Notes: generated by a model not told the origin, from the sequence alone. Shown: positions 26,761 to 37,130, counted from the first letter of the stretch. The stretch: DNA of 64,000 nt from a virus (IMGVR_UViG_3300032332_001787:96001-160000), one strand, 5' to 3'. A program made the numbers and translations.

Positions 26761-26998
26761 TTTATTAGTATGGTCTATTTATGGTTTATTCACAGGAGCA
26801 ATTGCTAAAAGTATTGTTCCGGGCGAAGAAAAGATGGGATTTTTCCAAACTATTGCTTTAGGCGTTGCCGGATCTTATGTTGGAGGATCGTTGCTATATC
26901 TTTTAGGTCAATATGAAAGCGTATCTCCTGCCGGTGTGATTATGGGAGTTATAGGATCGGTTGTTGCTTTAGTGGTTTATAATAAACTAACTAAATAA
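26753..26998 (+). CDS. GlsB/YeaQ/YmgE (transglycosylase-associated) membrane protein
   Basis: GLFTGAIAK.IVPG...G...TIALGVAGSYVGG...G.I.GVIGSVV.L. Confidence 0.88.
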   Translation: MFNLLVWSIYGLFTGAIAKSIVPGEEKMGFFQTIALGVAGSYVGGSLLYLLGQYESVSPAGVIMGVIGSVVALVVYNKLTK

Positions 26999-27038
26999 TA
27001 TCTAATAGTACTATTAAGATTAAATCTAATATGACTAT

Positions 27039-27046
27039 AGTGTATT
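27039..27046 (+). promoter_or_regulatory. putative phage promoter motif AGTGTATT
   Basis: 46 nt upstream of ATG 27085. Confidence 0.55.
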
Positions 27047-27084
27047 GATAGATATACTATATTAGGATTTATTTAGGCTAAAAT

Positions 27085-28635
27085 ATGTTTACTCCAAGAC
27101 AACTATATATTAAATATTCTTTAGGGCCTTGTAATGGATCAGTAGGAACTGGAACTCCTTATGATTTACCTAGATTAATTCAATTTTTAAAACACCTTAA
27201 ATATCCATGTGTTCAATCGGCTCCTCACGCTACTGTTGTTCCATCAGAATCTAATCCATTAGGCATTCAAGGAACAGGAACTAATAAGATAGGTATTCCA
27301 TATAAATTTTTGTGCAAAGTTGATCCTGAAGCTTTTACAGAGATACAACCTTCAATACAAAGCGGAACTTCACATGGAATTAGAAATGCTTGTGATATTA
27401 CTAGAATTTGCGATATAGAAACTTCAAATAATAAAGACTACAGAACTTGGATTAGTAGAATGGCTACAGAATATCTAGAACATTATGGAGGCAACTCATT
27501 ACCAGACTGTTTAATGGTTCTTGGCCCAGACTTAGTCCCCGAAGCAACTGCTGAATATAGAGCAACTGGGTGTGGTATTTTGGGAGCTTGTTTACCCAAT
27601 ACTCAATATGGTGCGGCTGGAGCTAATCATGGTTGTGAAAAAAGACCAGGAGAATTAACCGCTAAATGCACGAGCTGTGGAATATGTAATGACTCTGATC
27701 CTACTGACCCATGCTGCGGATCTAGTTGTGAAGATTATACTAATAAATGTTGTCGCGGCATTCTAACAAACAGAACGGATTTCTCTTATATTGTACCTTC
27801 AGATGATGGATATTTTGGAGGTAATATATTTAGTGGTTTTGTTGATCAAATATTAAAACATGTTGGTATTTTACTTAGAAAAAGTTATGGTGGATATGCT
27901 AATTTTATAGATAATAGCGGGTCAAATTTTTATGCTGCTAGAGATGATGTTTTTTTAAAGTATTTTCAGGGAATAAATGGATATAATTATACAAATGATA
28001 CCGCGAGCGCCATTAATCAAAGTATTCAAAGATTTCGTACCGTTGCCTTTCTTAATCAAAATAATACCACTACAACAGTTAATACTATAAAAGACTTATT
28101 ATTTAATGGGTATGGAGTAGTATTAATGAGCAATGTCGGCTTTCCAGATTCCAGAGATTCTACAGGATTGAGCTATCCGGATAAAATTTGGTATCATACT
28201 TATTCTATCATAGGTTATGACGATACTAAAATAGAATACCCTGAGTGTGTTTATATACTAGCTAATAGTTTTGGAGACTGGAATAGTGGTGGACATCCTA
28301 GCTGGGGTCCTTTACCAGCTGGTAGTTTTTTGGTTACAGAAAGTCATTTAAAAGGAATGGTGGCTTTTAATCAATCTCCAAGCCTAATGGGATGCAGGGG
28401 TGGTTATTGCCCTCCTCCTTGTTCTCCTGAAATGGTTTCATTATATGCAGGATGCACAGAGAATAATAGCTGTGTTCCTTTTGAATGCTCTGATAGACAA
28501 CGAGCATTTGGTATGGCATTTGGATTATCCACATCAGAAGGTTTTCCAAAAAGAACATTAAATTATCAACAATTTTTACCTACTAATAATTGGCGTTTGT
28601 TTGATAATAGTTCAGAATTGTATTTTGATGAATAG
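27085..28635 (+). CDS. papain-like peptidase paralogue with Cys-rich insertions, catalytic Cys apparently lost
   Basis: SHGIRNACDITR, MATE, ILLRKSY, SNVGF, HTYSIIGYD, LANSFGDW, GGHPSWGPLP.GSFL align with 24782-25708. Confidence 0.8.
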   Translation: MFTPRQLYIKYSLGPCNGSVGTGTPYDLPRLIQFLKHLKYPCVQSAPHATVVPSESNPLGIQGTGTNKIGIPYKFLCKVDPEAFTEIQPSIQSGTSHGIRNACDITRICDIETSNNKDYRTWISRMATEYLEHYGGNSLPDCLMVLGPDLVPEATAEYRATGCGILGACLPNTQYGAAGANHGCEKRPGELTAKCTSCGICNDSDPTDPCCGSSCEDYTNKCCRGILTNRTDFSYIVPSDDGYFGGNIFSGFVDQILKHVGILLRKSYGGYANFIDNSGSNFYAARDDVFLKYFQGINGYNYTNDTASAINQSIQRFRTVAFLNQNNTTTTVNTIKDLLFNGYGVVLMSNVGFPDSRDSTGLSYPDKIWYHTYSIIGYDDTKIEYPECVYILANSFGDWNSGGHPSWGPLPAGSFLVTESHLKGMVAFNQSPSLMGCRGGYCPPPCSPEMVSLYAGCTENNSCVPFECSDRQRAFGMAFGLSTSEGFPKRTLNYQQFLPTNNWRLFDNSSELYFDE

Positions 28636-28643
28636 GAAACATC

Positions 28644-31532
28644 GTGACACAATCTAATTGGTGCGATAAGAATCATTGGTATCTTGACAACACACTGTCA
28701 ACTAAAAGCACGCATATACCAAAAGATACCATAGATGATACTAATATTGTAAAAAAAAATTACACATATGTTATTGCTGAAAATGCATGTTTTCAAAAAA
28801 TACCATCTTTAGTATGTAATAATTTAACTATTATAGTTGGACAAAATGTACAACCTAATGCTGCAGGATCTTTTATTTGCGCTCTATTAGAAGCTAGTAA
28901 TGTCATTTGTGGTAAAAATATAACATTAAGTCACTGGGAACCAAATACTTTTTGCGAATGGACAGTATCTTCTTTAGCAACATCGTCCGGTTGCGCCATA
29001 AATTATCTAATAATAGATGCTAATTCTAGTTCTGGCACAGGTTTGTATACTGAAGGATCATCACTACAAAATTGTTATATTAAAACCAATAATTTATATT
29101 TATACAATACTTCAGTATCTTCTTCTACTAATTATGTAACTAAAATTCTATGCACTTCTGGTACTTTTGTGTCTTCTACTATTAATGACAAAGTTATATG
29201 TGAAGGTAATTTTTCTATTAGTGGAAATACTATTTTTGGAGGAAGCGGAAATGGTTCATTCATTTTTAATGAAAACTCTATTAATGCAGGAAAAATAAAT
29301 GGGTTGACAACTTTTAATGATAGTAGTATTAATCAAGGTATTGTATATAGCAATGTGTTGTTCTCTGGAGCAAGTAGTAATAATGGTATAATTGTTGGTG
29401 ACTGCGTATTTTTAAACGGGACAAAAAATCTAGGCACGGTTTCTGGCAATGCACTATTTAGTGATTCATCTATTAATAGTGGCACAATTATCAATAATAG
29501 TTTTTTTAATAGCGGATCTATAAATGCTGGTATTGTGTCAGGAATATCCAAGTTGGATTATGCTATCAATAATGGAACAATATCAGAAAGTTATTTCACT
29601 CATTCAATCAATAGCACAGACGGGATTGTGACGGGTATATCTGTATTTAATCAATCTATAAATAATGGATTATTGAATAACAAATATATAAATTTTTCTT
29701 TTATCAATAATTCCATAAATAATGGAACAATATCTGGGAGTGTTACTTTTGATTCTGGATGCATAAATAGTAATATAATTACTAATTCAAGCGGAACTGT
29801 TATATTTAGAAAAAATTCTATTAATAATGGAAATATTGAAGGTAACCATATTACTTTCACAGACGATAGTGAAAATAATCATAGTATAATTAATTCTAGC
29901 GGTTTAACAATTTTTAGTAAAAATGCTATCAATAATGAAAATATTATAGGGTCGGGATCTGTAGAATTTTATAATTCATCTCTCAATAATACTAATGGTA
30001 CATTTAATAGTGGAAATTTTTATTATGAATCTACCAATAGTGGAACACTTAATATAGCATACTTTTATCAAAATGCTGCAAATTTTAAAACTGTTAATAG
30101 TGGTATTTTTAATGATTATAGTATTAATAAACCGGAAGGATCTGGTAATAATTTATGTTTTAATAATAATGCTATCAATTTTGGTTTTGCTGGAATAGGC
30201 AGTTTTGCTAATAATGCACAAAATTATGGTACGGGCTATAGTCTACAATTTTGTCATAAAGCCATCAATGCTTCCGGTGGAACATCTTTAAATTATATAG
30301 TATTTTGGGGTAATTCTACTAATTTAAGTGGATCAATAAATAATGAATTTGCTAATTTTCATGAAAATTCTAAAAATTATTCGAATAGTACACCTGATTG
30401 TCGATTCATTTTTCATGATAGGTCTGTTAATTATGCTAATGTATATTCTGGTATTTTTAAAGATTTTAGTAAAAATAGTATAAATACTACTGGTTATAAT
30501 TTAAATTTCTATGATAACAGCACTAATCATGGAACAATAACTAATTTAGGATTATTTAATGATAGATCATCTAATAAAGGCACATTATTTAATACTGGAA
30601 TATTCTATAATCTTAGCTCTAACCAATCTCTAGGAGTATTACAAAATTCTCTCTTTTTAGATTATTCTTCAAATATTAGTAGCTATCAATTTGATCATAC
30701 CAAAATTCCTATAACTATACCTCAAATTATTTTTTCTGGATATTCTATAAATAAAGGCAATATAGTTGATTCTTATGTCCAGTTTGGAGACCATGCTTCT
30801 AATCAAAACACTATATCGTGGAATAGTACGCTACTATTTACTTCGTCAGGAATATTCTTTCCAGAATTAGATAACAAAGGAAAAATCATCTACCGCCACT
30901 TTTCTGGACCAAATGGAACATACGAAACCGATGTTGATGAATTCATACGAACATTTTATAGGTGTGCGGGTTCTTCTAGTGATTACTCTTGGCCACAAAT
31001 AATTTTTAATGACTACTCAACAAATTCTGGAAATTTAATAGGCTATTATAATTATATTTTTAATAGTGGTTCATCTAATTATGGATACTTGAATACATAT
31101 CCAGTAATACCTAATTTACATACTGTAGCATTTTTTGATGGAGCTTTAAATTTTGAAAGTATAGTTAATGGCAAAACAAGTTTCATTAATAGCATTAATA
31201 GTGGAACTGTATTATTTCCGTATTTTGAAAATTCAATTAATTATGGAGATCTAATAGGATCACCAACTGAACAGTTTTATCTGTGCAATGATTCTTATTT
31301 AGATGGTGTGTCTGTAGTTGAATTTATTAATTCAACAAATTTTGGAAGAATGAATCTGTTTGGTTCTTTTAATAATTCTATTAATTTTGGAAATATCAAT
31401 AGCAATGCTAGTTTTAATTTGGGTTCTATTAATAGAGGCACAGTAGTTGGGGATGGTGAGTTTATTAATGGATCTTGTAATTCCGGAACAGTGCTGGGAA
31501 CTATCACAACAGACAACACTTGTTCCAACTGA
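28644..31532 (+). CDS. large Asn-rich beta-helical repeat protein (fibre-like)
   Basis: AGGA RBS, GTG start; dozens of F...S.N.G repeats. Confidence 0.75.
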   Translation: MTQSNWCDKNHWYLDNTLSTKSTHIPKDTIDDTNIVKKNYTYVIAENACFQKIPSLVCNNLTIIVGQNVQPNAAGSFICALLEASNVICGKNITLSHWEPNTFCEWTVSSLATSSGCAINYLIIDANSSSGTGLYTEGSSLQNCYIKTNNLYLYNTSVSSSTNYVTKILCTSGTFVSSTINDKVICEGNFSISGNTIFGGSGNGSFIFNENSINAGKINGLTTFNDSSINQGIVYSNVLFSGASSNNGIIVGDCVFLNGTKNLGTVSGNALFSDSSINSGTIINNSFFNSGSINAGIVSGISKLDYAINNGTISESYFTHSINSTDGIVTGISVFNQSINNGLLNNKYINFSFINNSINNGTISGSVTFDSGCINSNIITNSSGTVIFRKNSINNGNIEGNHITFTDDSENNHSIINSSGLTIFSKNAINNENIIGSGSVEFYNSSLNNTNGTFNSGNFYYESTNSGTLNIAYFYQNAANFKTVNSGIFNDYSINKPEGSGNNLCFNNNAINFGFAGIGSFANNAQNYGTGYSLQFCHKAINASGGTSLNYIVFWGNSTNLSGSINNEFANFHENSKNYSNSTPDCRFIFHDRSVNYANVYSGIFKDFSKNSINTTGYNLNFYDNSTNHGTITNLGLFNDRSSNKGTLFNTGIFYNLSSNQSLGVLQNSLFLDYSSNISSYQFDHTKIPITIPQIIFSGYSINKGNIVDSYVQFGDHASNQNTISWNSTLLFTSSGIFFPELDNKGKIIYRHFSGPNGTYETDVDEFIRTFYRCAGSSSDYSWPQIIFNDYSTNSGNLIGYYNYIFNSGSSNYGYLNTYPVIPNLHTVAFFDGALNFESIVNGKTSFINSINSGTVLFPYFENSINYGDLIGSPTEQFYLCNDSYLDGVSVVEFINSTNFGRMNLFGSFNNSINFGNINSNASFNLGSINRGTVVGDGEFINGSCNSGTVLGTITTDNTCSN

Positions 31533-31542
31533 TTCAACAAAC

Positions 31543-31570
31543 TTGCCAAAAGGGATCACGACCATATGAT
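31543..31570 (+). promoter_or_regulatory. sigma70-like promoter
   Basis: TTGCCA (31543-48), 16 nt, TATGAT (31565-70). Confidence 0.5.
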
Positions 31571-31578
31571 ATGAGATC

Positions 31579-32040
31579 ATGAGACCAAACTGGCAAGAAT
31601 ATTTCATTGGACTAGCACAAGCTGTTGCGATGCGTAGTCACGATCTTCAAACACAGCATGGGTGCGTTATTACAGATCATAATAACAGAATCCTTGGGGT
31701 TGGGTATAATGGTTTCCCTAAAGGAGTTGATGATTCTCTCTTACCTAAAACGCGCCCTGATAAATATCCATGGATGATTCATGCTGAACGTAACGCTCTA
31801 TCTAACTGTACTATACGTCCAGACAATGGGATTGCTTACGTCACAGGACAATGCTGCAACGACTGTATTATGGCGCTATGGCAAGAGGGTGTTACTAAAG
31901 TTTTTATGAGAAATAATCATGGGACCCATCTTTTTGACAATGAACATCAAGAAAGATTTAACTTGTTTGTTCGTATGAGTGGTATTAGTATAGAATACAT
32001 TGACCCAGATCTTTCATGGATTAGGAGTATTCAAACTTGA
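31579..32040 (+). CDS. dCMP deaminase
   Basis: R..WQEYF..LA..VA.RS.D, GYNG.P.G, IHAERNAL, CCNDC. Confidence 0.92.
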   Translation: MRPNWQEYFIGLAQAVAMRSHDLQTQHGCVITDHNNRILGVGYNGFPKGVDDSLLPKTRPDKYPWMIHAERNALSNCTIRPDNGIAYVTGQCCNDCIMALWQEGVTKVFMRNNHGTHLFDNEHQERFNLFVRMSGISIEYIDPDLSWIRSIQT

Positions 32041-32672
32041 TATCATATTGTATTACTGTTTATAATGAAGCACAGGAATTGGTCAGATTAATAGCATCTA
32101 TAAGACCAGCAATATCTAGCTCTGACGAAATAGTAATTGTTCAGACGCATAAAAATGAAAATGAAAAAAATAGCGAGTCTTATCAAGAATTAAAAACTAT
32201 ATGTGAAAGACATGCAACTAAATACGGCTCTTTTCATTTTGAAAATAATTTTGCCGACCTGAAGAACTACATGAATAGTTTAGCTTCTGGACAATATATT
32301 ATCAATTTAGATGCTGATGAAACCATGATTCCGTTTTCCCTTGAAAAACTACTACCATCCATACTAGAAAATGATATTGATTTATATTATCTGCCAAGAA
32401 TTAATATAGTTACAGGTATTACCCAAGAAGATATACAAAAATGGTCTTGGAAAATCAATGAAAGAGGCTGGATAAATTGGCCGGACTATCAACCCAGAAT
32501 CTATAAAAATAATGGATCTATCAAATGGGTCAGCAAGGTACATGAACACCTAGAAGGTTTTCAAACTCATGCAATGATAGAAGCAGATGGCAAGATAGCT
32601 ATTATGCATAAGAAAACTATAGATAAACAAAGACAACAAAATAAATTATATTCCCAAATAGGTAGTAATTAA
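32037..32672 (+). CDS. glycosyltransferase family 2
   Basis: ISYCITVYNE, NLDADE, PDYQ.RIYKN, W...VHE; TTG start. Confidence 0.88.
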   Translation: MISYCITVYNEAQELVRLIASIRPAISSSDEIVIVQTHKNENEKNSESYQELKTICERHATKYGSFHFENNFADLKNYMNSLASGQYIINLDADETMIPFSLEKLLPSILENDIDLYYLPRINIVTGITQEDIQKWSWKINERGWINWPDYQPRIYKNNGSIKWVSKVHEHLEGFQTHAMIEADGKIAIMHKKTIDKQRQQNKLYSQIGSN

Positions 32673-33494
32673 ATGATATACGACTGTTTTATTATTCGAG
32701 ACGAACTAGATATTTTAGAACTAAGACTAAAAGTACTAAATAATTTAGTTGACAAATTTGTAATCTGTGAAGCAAATAAAACTCATACTAATATGCCTAA
32801 ACCATATTTCTATATTGATCACCAAGAAAGATTTTTGCCATGGAAAGATAAAATTATTTATTTGCCATTGGAATTAGATGACACTGGTCTTGATTTTTCT
32901 ATCAAAGAAACTTCTTATAATCCAAAATCTGCTGCTTTTCAGTTTGAATATTTACAGAGAAAAGCTTTGTTTGAGGGAATAAAACATTGCCAAGATAATG
33001 ATATTATTTTTATGGGGGATTTGGACGAAATACCAAATCCAGATTCATTATCTATAAATCAGCCATCTGTTTGTGTTATGAAATTTTTTTATTATTATGC
33101 TAATAACCAAAGTATTGGCCCAATAGATAAAGATTGGTATGGAACAGCCATTATTCCTTTTCATGTCCTGAAAGGTAGATTTAATGGAGACATGCAAAAA
33201 CTCAGAAATGAAAAACACTTACTGTATCATTCTAATGATGGTGGATGGCATTTGTCTTATTTAGGAGGCAAAGATGCTATCAGAACTAAGATACAATCAT
33301 TTTCGCATACGGAATATAATAGCGAAACATTCTATGGAGATCAAAATATAGAATATTGCTTAGAAAATGGCATTGATATATTCCATAGACAAGGTATGAA
33401 TTTTATGTTAGTAAATCTTGAAGATACTTATCCAAAAACTATTAGAGATATTATAAATAATTACCCAAACTATACCTATAAAAGGAAAGATTGA
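32673..33494 (+). CDS. glycosyltransferase family 17 (beta-1,4-GlcNAc transferase-like)
   Basis: IYDCF...ELDILELRL..L...VDKFVI.EAN.TH, E..QR, GDLDEIP, GGWHLSY, KIQSFSH.E. Confidence 0.9.
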   Translation: MIYDCFIIRDELDILELRLKVLNNLVDKFVICEANKTHTNMPKPYFYIDHQERFLPWKDKIIYLPLELDDTGLDFSIKETSYNPKSAAFQFEYLQRKALFEGIKHCQDNDIIFMGDLDEIPNPDSLSINQPSVCVMKFFYYYANNQSIGPIDKDWYGTAIIPFHVLKGRFNGDMQKLRNEKHLLYHSNDGGWHLSYLGGKDAIRTKIQSFSHTEYNSETFYGDQNIEYCLENGIDIFHRQGMNFMLVNLEDTYPKTIRDIINNYPNYTYKRKD

Positions 33495-34060
33495 TAATGT
33501 TCAAGATCCACCAAGAAGGCTATTGGGAAGGGGAGGAATGTCGCTCTCATCATTATTTTGATCAAAAACTTAATCAATCTATAGTCAATTTCTTTAAACT
33601 AAATAATATTCGAACCGTATTGGATTTGGGTTGTGGTTTAGGAGAATATGCTAAAGTTTTTAATGATAGTGGATTTAGTTGTGACTGCTATGATGGCAAT
33701 CCAGACACACTATTATTAACAAATAATCTATGCTCATGTATAGATTTATCAAATAGCATCTCACTTAATAAACAATATGATTGTGTCATGAGTCTAGAAG
33801 TAGGAGAGCACATTCCGGCAACATATGAAATGATATTTATCGAAAATATTGTGAAACATACAAAATCATATATCTTATTAAGTTGGGCTATTCCATTTCA
33901 ATCAGGTGATGGACACGTAAATTGCAGAAGCAATAGTTATATTATTAATGCTTTACAAAATTATGGTTTTGTCTTTTTAGCCGATGATACAAACTCCATG
34001 AGATCCTCAGTCGATCTTCCTTGGTTCAGAAACACTATTATGCTTTTCCAAAAAAACTAA
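33491..34060 (+). CDS. class I SAM-dependent methyltransferase
   Basis: VLDLGCGLG, YD..MSLEVGEHIP, Q.G.GHVN. Confidence 0.88.
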   Translation: MIMFKIHQEGYWEGEECRSHHYFDQKLNQSIVNFFKLNNIRTVLDLGCGLGEYAKVFNDSGFSCDCYDGNPDTLLLTNNLCSCIDLSNSISLNKQYDCVMSLEVGEHIPATYEMIFIENIVKHTKSYILLSWAIPFQSGDGHVNCRSNSYIINALQNYGFVFLADDTNSMRSSVDLPWFRNTIMLFQKN

Positions 34061-34089
34061 AACATTTAATTTGAAAGAAATGAACTACT

Positions 34090-35277
34090 ATGATTAATAT
34101 CCCCAAAATTACTTTTTGCATACCATCTAATAATAATCTAAGATATCTTAAATCTTGCATTAAATCTATTAAAGAAAATAGTTTTCGTAAAGATCATGAT
34201 ATTATCATCTTTGTAGACCGAGACAATGACGGCACTGTAGATTGGCTATCAGATAATCAAGAAAATTTTAATTATAAGTTCTTCCTTAATCCTGAGCTTA
34301 ATACATCTAAATTTGGTATAGCTAAAGCTTATGATTTTTGTATAGATAAAAGCACCACAGATATTTTTATGATCTTTCATGCAGACATGATACTAGGAAA
34401 AGATGCAGACTATCATGCCCTAAAATACCTAAAAGAAAAAACCGTAGTTTCAGCAACCAGAATAGAACCTCCACTATTTCCATCTGCTGGAGAAAAAATT
34501 ATCAAAGATTTTGGTTTATGGCCAGAAGATTTTAAAGTAGATTTATTTAATCAATTTGTTAATGAACAAATAGATTCTAATACTAATAAAACTACAGATG
34601 GTATTTTTGCTCCATGGATGATGTATAAAAAAGATTTCCTAAATATAGGTGGACATGACCATCAGTTTATATCATGCAATGAAGATTCTGATGTTTTCAA
34701 TCGTATGATTTTGAATAACTATGTAGCAATACAGCCTTGGGATTCTTTGGTATATCATTTTTGTGGTCGTGGTTTTCGTTTTGAGAATGATATTATGGAT
34801 TATAATCTTAAAAAAGAAGAACAAAATATCGCATATAAAAAATTTGTCAGAAAGTGGGGTTCTCCAGTACGAAGCACTCAATTGCTAAAACCTATTATCT
34901 CTCCCAAGTATGATATAGCTATACTAATTGATAATATGTCTTATTCTGACTTAGAAATCATAGAACCTTGGTGCTCTCACATCTACTTCTCTTCGACAGA
35001 TAAAAATAACATAACAAAACTTATAGAACAAGAAAAAAATAACAATGTGGATATTTCTTATAAATTTACAGAACTATCTATAGATGCTGATATTGATGGC
35101 TTGAGTAATGACATTATTATATTTAGTGAAGATAATACTTTTAAAGACCTAAGTATCATACAGGATGCCAACTTTATTGTTTCTCAAATTAATCAGGTTG
35201 GAACTTTTAAAATCGAAAATATGATATTTGTGATTAGAAAAATACGAAATATTTTAATGAAGCACGATGAAGAATAG
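34090..35277 (+). CDS. glycosyltransferase family 2
   Basis: ITFCIPS.NNL.YLK.CI.SI, FHADM, GGHD, EDSD. Confidence 0.88.
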   Translation: MINIPKITFCIPSNNNLRYLKSCIKSIKENSFRKDHDIIIFVDRDNDGTVDWLSDNQENFNYKFFLNPELNTSKFGIAKAYDFCIDKSTTDIFMIFHADMILGKDADYHALKYLKEKTVVSATRIEPPLFPSAGEKIIKDFGLWPEDFKVDLFNQFVNEQIDSNTNKTTDGIFAPWMMYKKDFLNIGGHDHQFISCNEDSDVFNRMILNNYVAIQPWDSLVYHFCGRGFRFENDIMDYNLKKEEQNIAYKKFVRKWGSPVRSTQLLKPIISPKYDIAILIDNMSYSDLEIIEPWCSHIYFSSTDKNNITKLIEQEKNNNVDISYKFTELSIDADIDGLSNDIIIFSEDNTFKDLSIIQDANFIVSQINQVGTFKIENMIFVIRKIRNILMKHDEE

Positions 35278-36088
35278 TAAACTGCAAAATATTATTAATC
35301 AATCTATATTTGGTTCCATAGGACATATTGGATCAAAAGTAGATTTAGATAATTTTATCTCATATGTAAAATATAATGCTAATTTTTTAAATTCTTTCCC
35401 TCAGTTAATTTTTAGTTTCAATGGGGACTTAGACCTTATTAAAGAATGCAATAAGATCACCTCAGTGATACAGTCCCCATTAGAAATATCTATTGCACAA
35501 AACTTGGGCCATACATTTGGAACTTTTTTATTAGATCATAATCTTTTTGAATTAGCTCAAAAATATTCTTATAAGTACCTATGGAAGTTTTCTAATGATG
35601 TTATTGTTAATAAAGGTATTTTTGAAACTGAAATTACATCAGACATAGATTTTTATTATACAAATAATATAGGGTTTAATGAATTTAGATTTCAGACACC
35701 AGAAGAGTTACTAAAAAATATAGTAGATCAAAATTATTACTATCCACAAACCAACCATTACATTATCAAAAATTCAGCAATATTTCATCCAACCAAAGAA
35801 ATGATTTTACAACTAAAGCAGGAATTCGACAGGATTAGAAAAGAAAAACCTGACATAGCTCCCTGGCATGCTATAAGAGGATGTGACTGTGAGTCTATGT
35901 TGATGCAAACAGTAGAAAAAAATGGTTTTTCTAAACAGTATTTATTGCCTAAAAAAGATACAGAACTCTTGATCAATTTTATTCAAACAAATCAAATTCA
36001 TGACGGCAGCCACAAAAATATTATGTTTAGTAGTCTTGGAAATTTGTGTCATTTGCAATTTCCAAACCATCCAGTATATGTTATATAG
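35267..36088 (+). CDS. hypothetical protein, possibly glycosyltransferase-related
   Basis: In GT cluster; N.GH..G and K...D patterns. Confidence 0.55.
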   Translation: MKNSKLQNIINQSIFGSIGHIGSKVDLDNFISYVKYNANFLNSFPQLIFSFNGDLDLIKECNKITSVIQSPLEISIAQNLGHTFGTFLLDHNLFELAQKYSYKYLWKFSNDVIVNKGIFETEITSDIDFYYTNNIGFNEFRFQTPEELLKNIVDQNYYYPQTNHYIIKNSAIFHPTKEMILQLKQEFDRIRKEKPDIAPWHAIRGCDCESMLMQTVEKNGFSKQYLLPKKDTELLINFIQTNQIHDGSHKNIMFSSLGNLCHLQFPNHPVYVI

Positions 36089-36089
36089 T

Positions 36090-36097
36090 GGTGTATT
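36090..36097 (+). promoter_or_regulatory. putative phage promoter motif GGTGTATT
   Basis: 50 nt upstream of nrdB ATG. Confidence 0.55.
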
Positions 36098-36139
36098 GAT
36101 GGTATCAACTACTATCTAAAAAATATAAGGGCAGCAAAT

Positions 36140-37111
36140 ATGATTTTTGATGAACAAATCACAAGAAAACCAGACAATTATCCATGGACTCAAGAATTCA
36201 TAGAAGCAATGCACACTGGTTTTTGGACCGATAAAGAATTTAATTTTCAAAGCGATATTCAAGACTTTAGAGTTAATCTTTCCTCACAAGAACAAGAAAT
36301 TATAACAAGAGCACTATCAACTATAGGCCAGTTAGAAATTTCTGTTAAAAAATTCTGGGCAAAACTAGGAGATAATCTCCCACATCCATCATTAAATGAT
36401 ATGGGTTATGTTATGGCCAATACAGAGGTTATTCATGGGGATGCATATGAAAGACTATTAGAAGTATTGGGTATTCAAAATAGTTTTGACGAAATTCTAA
36501 AATTAGACATTATTAAGGGTCGCGTCAACTATCTAAGAAAACATCTTCACAAATTTCATAATGACAACAAAAAGCAATTTATCTATTCTTTGATTCTATT
36601 TACTTTGTTTGTTGAAAATATTGCTCTATTTTCACAATTTTATACCATTGGTTTTTTTGGCCGATATAAAAACTTATTAAAAGATACCAATAAACAGGTC
36701 GAATACACTTCCAGAGAAGAAAATCTTCATGCTATTATTGGTATTAAAATTATCAACACAATTAAACAAGAATATCCCGAGCTGTTTGACGACGAATTAA
36801 AAAACAAGGTCTTACATGAAGCAAGGGATGCTGTAAAATACGAATGCCAGATCATAGAGTGGATAGTAAATGGCTATGATCATGAAAAGTTGAATTCTGA
36901 CCTTTTGAAAGAATTTATTAAAAACAGAATGAATGATTCACTCAAACAAATAGGTTATGATGCTATTTTTGAAACTAATCAAGACATTATTGCCCAAACC
37001 ACATGGTTTGATGAGCAAATTCTAGGAAATAACATGACCGATTTTTTCCATAGTAGACCAGTAGAGTATGCAAAATCGGCCCAAAGTTTTGATGTTACAG
37101 ATCTTTTTTAA
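36140..37111 (+). CDS. nrdB: ribonucleotide reductase class I beta subunit
   Basis: YPW, FW...E, E..H..AY, EN.ALFSQF, SREENLH, TDFFH.RP.EY. Confidence 0.95.
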   Translation: MIFDEQITRKPDNYPWTQEFIEAMHTGFWTDKEFNFQSDIQDFRVNLSSQEQEIITRALSTIGQLEISVKKFWAKLGDNLPHPSLNDMGYVMANTEVIHGDAYERLLEVLGIQNSFDEILKLDIIKGRVNYLRKHLHKFHNDNKKQFIYSLILFTLFVENIALFSQFYTIGFFGRYKNLLKDTNKQVEYTSREENLHAIIGIKIINTIKQEYPELFDDELKNKVLHEARDAVKYECQIIEWIVNGYDHEKLNSDLLKEFIKNRMNDSLKQIGYDAIFETNQDIIAQTTWFDEQILGNNMTDFFHSRPVEYAKSAQSFDVTDLF

Positions 37112-37130
37112 TTAGAACGGAATCGAGATA

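Noticed and set aside
27003-27016. Perfect 14-bp palindrome TAATAGTACTATTA upstream of a promoter motif
   Set aside because: Mostly A/T, single occurrence, plausible by chance; no second copy to define an operator.
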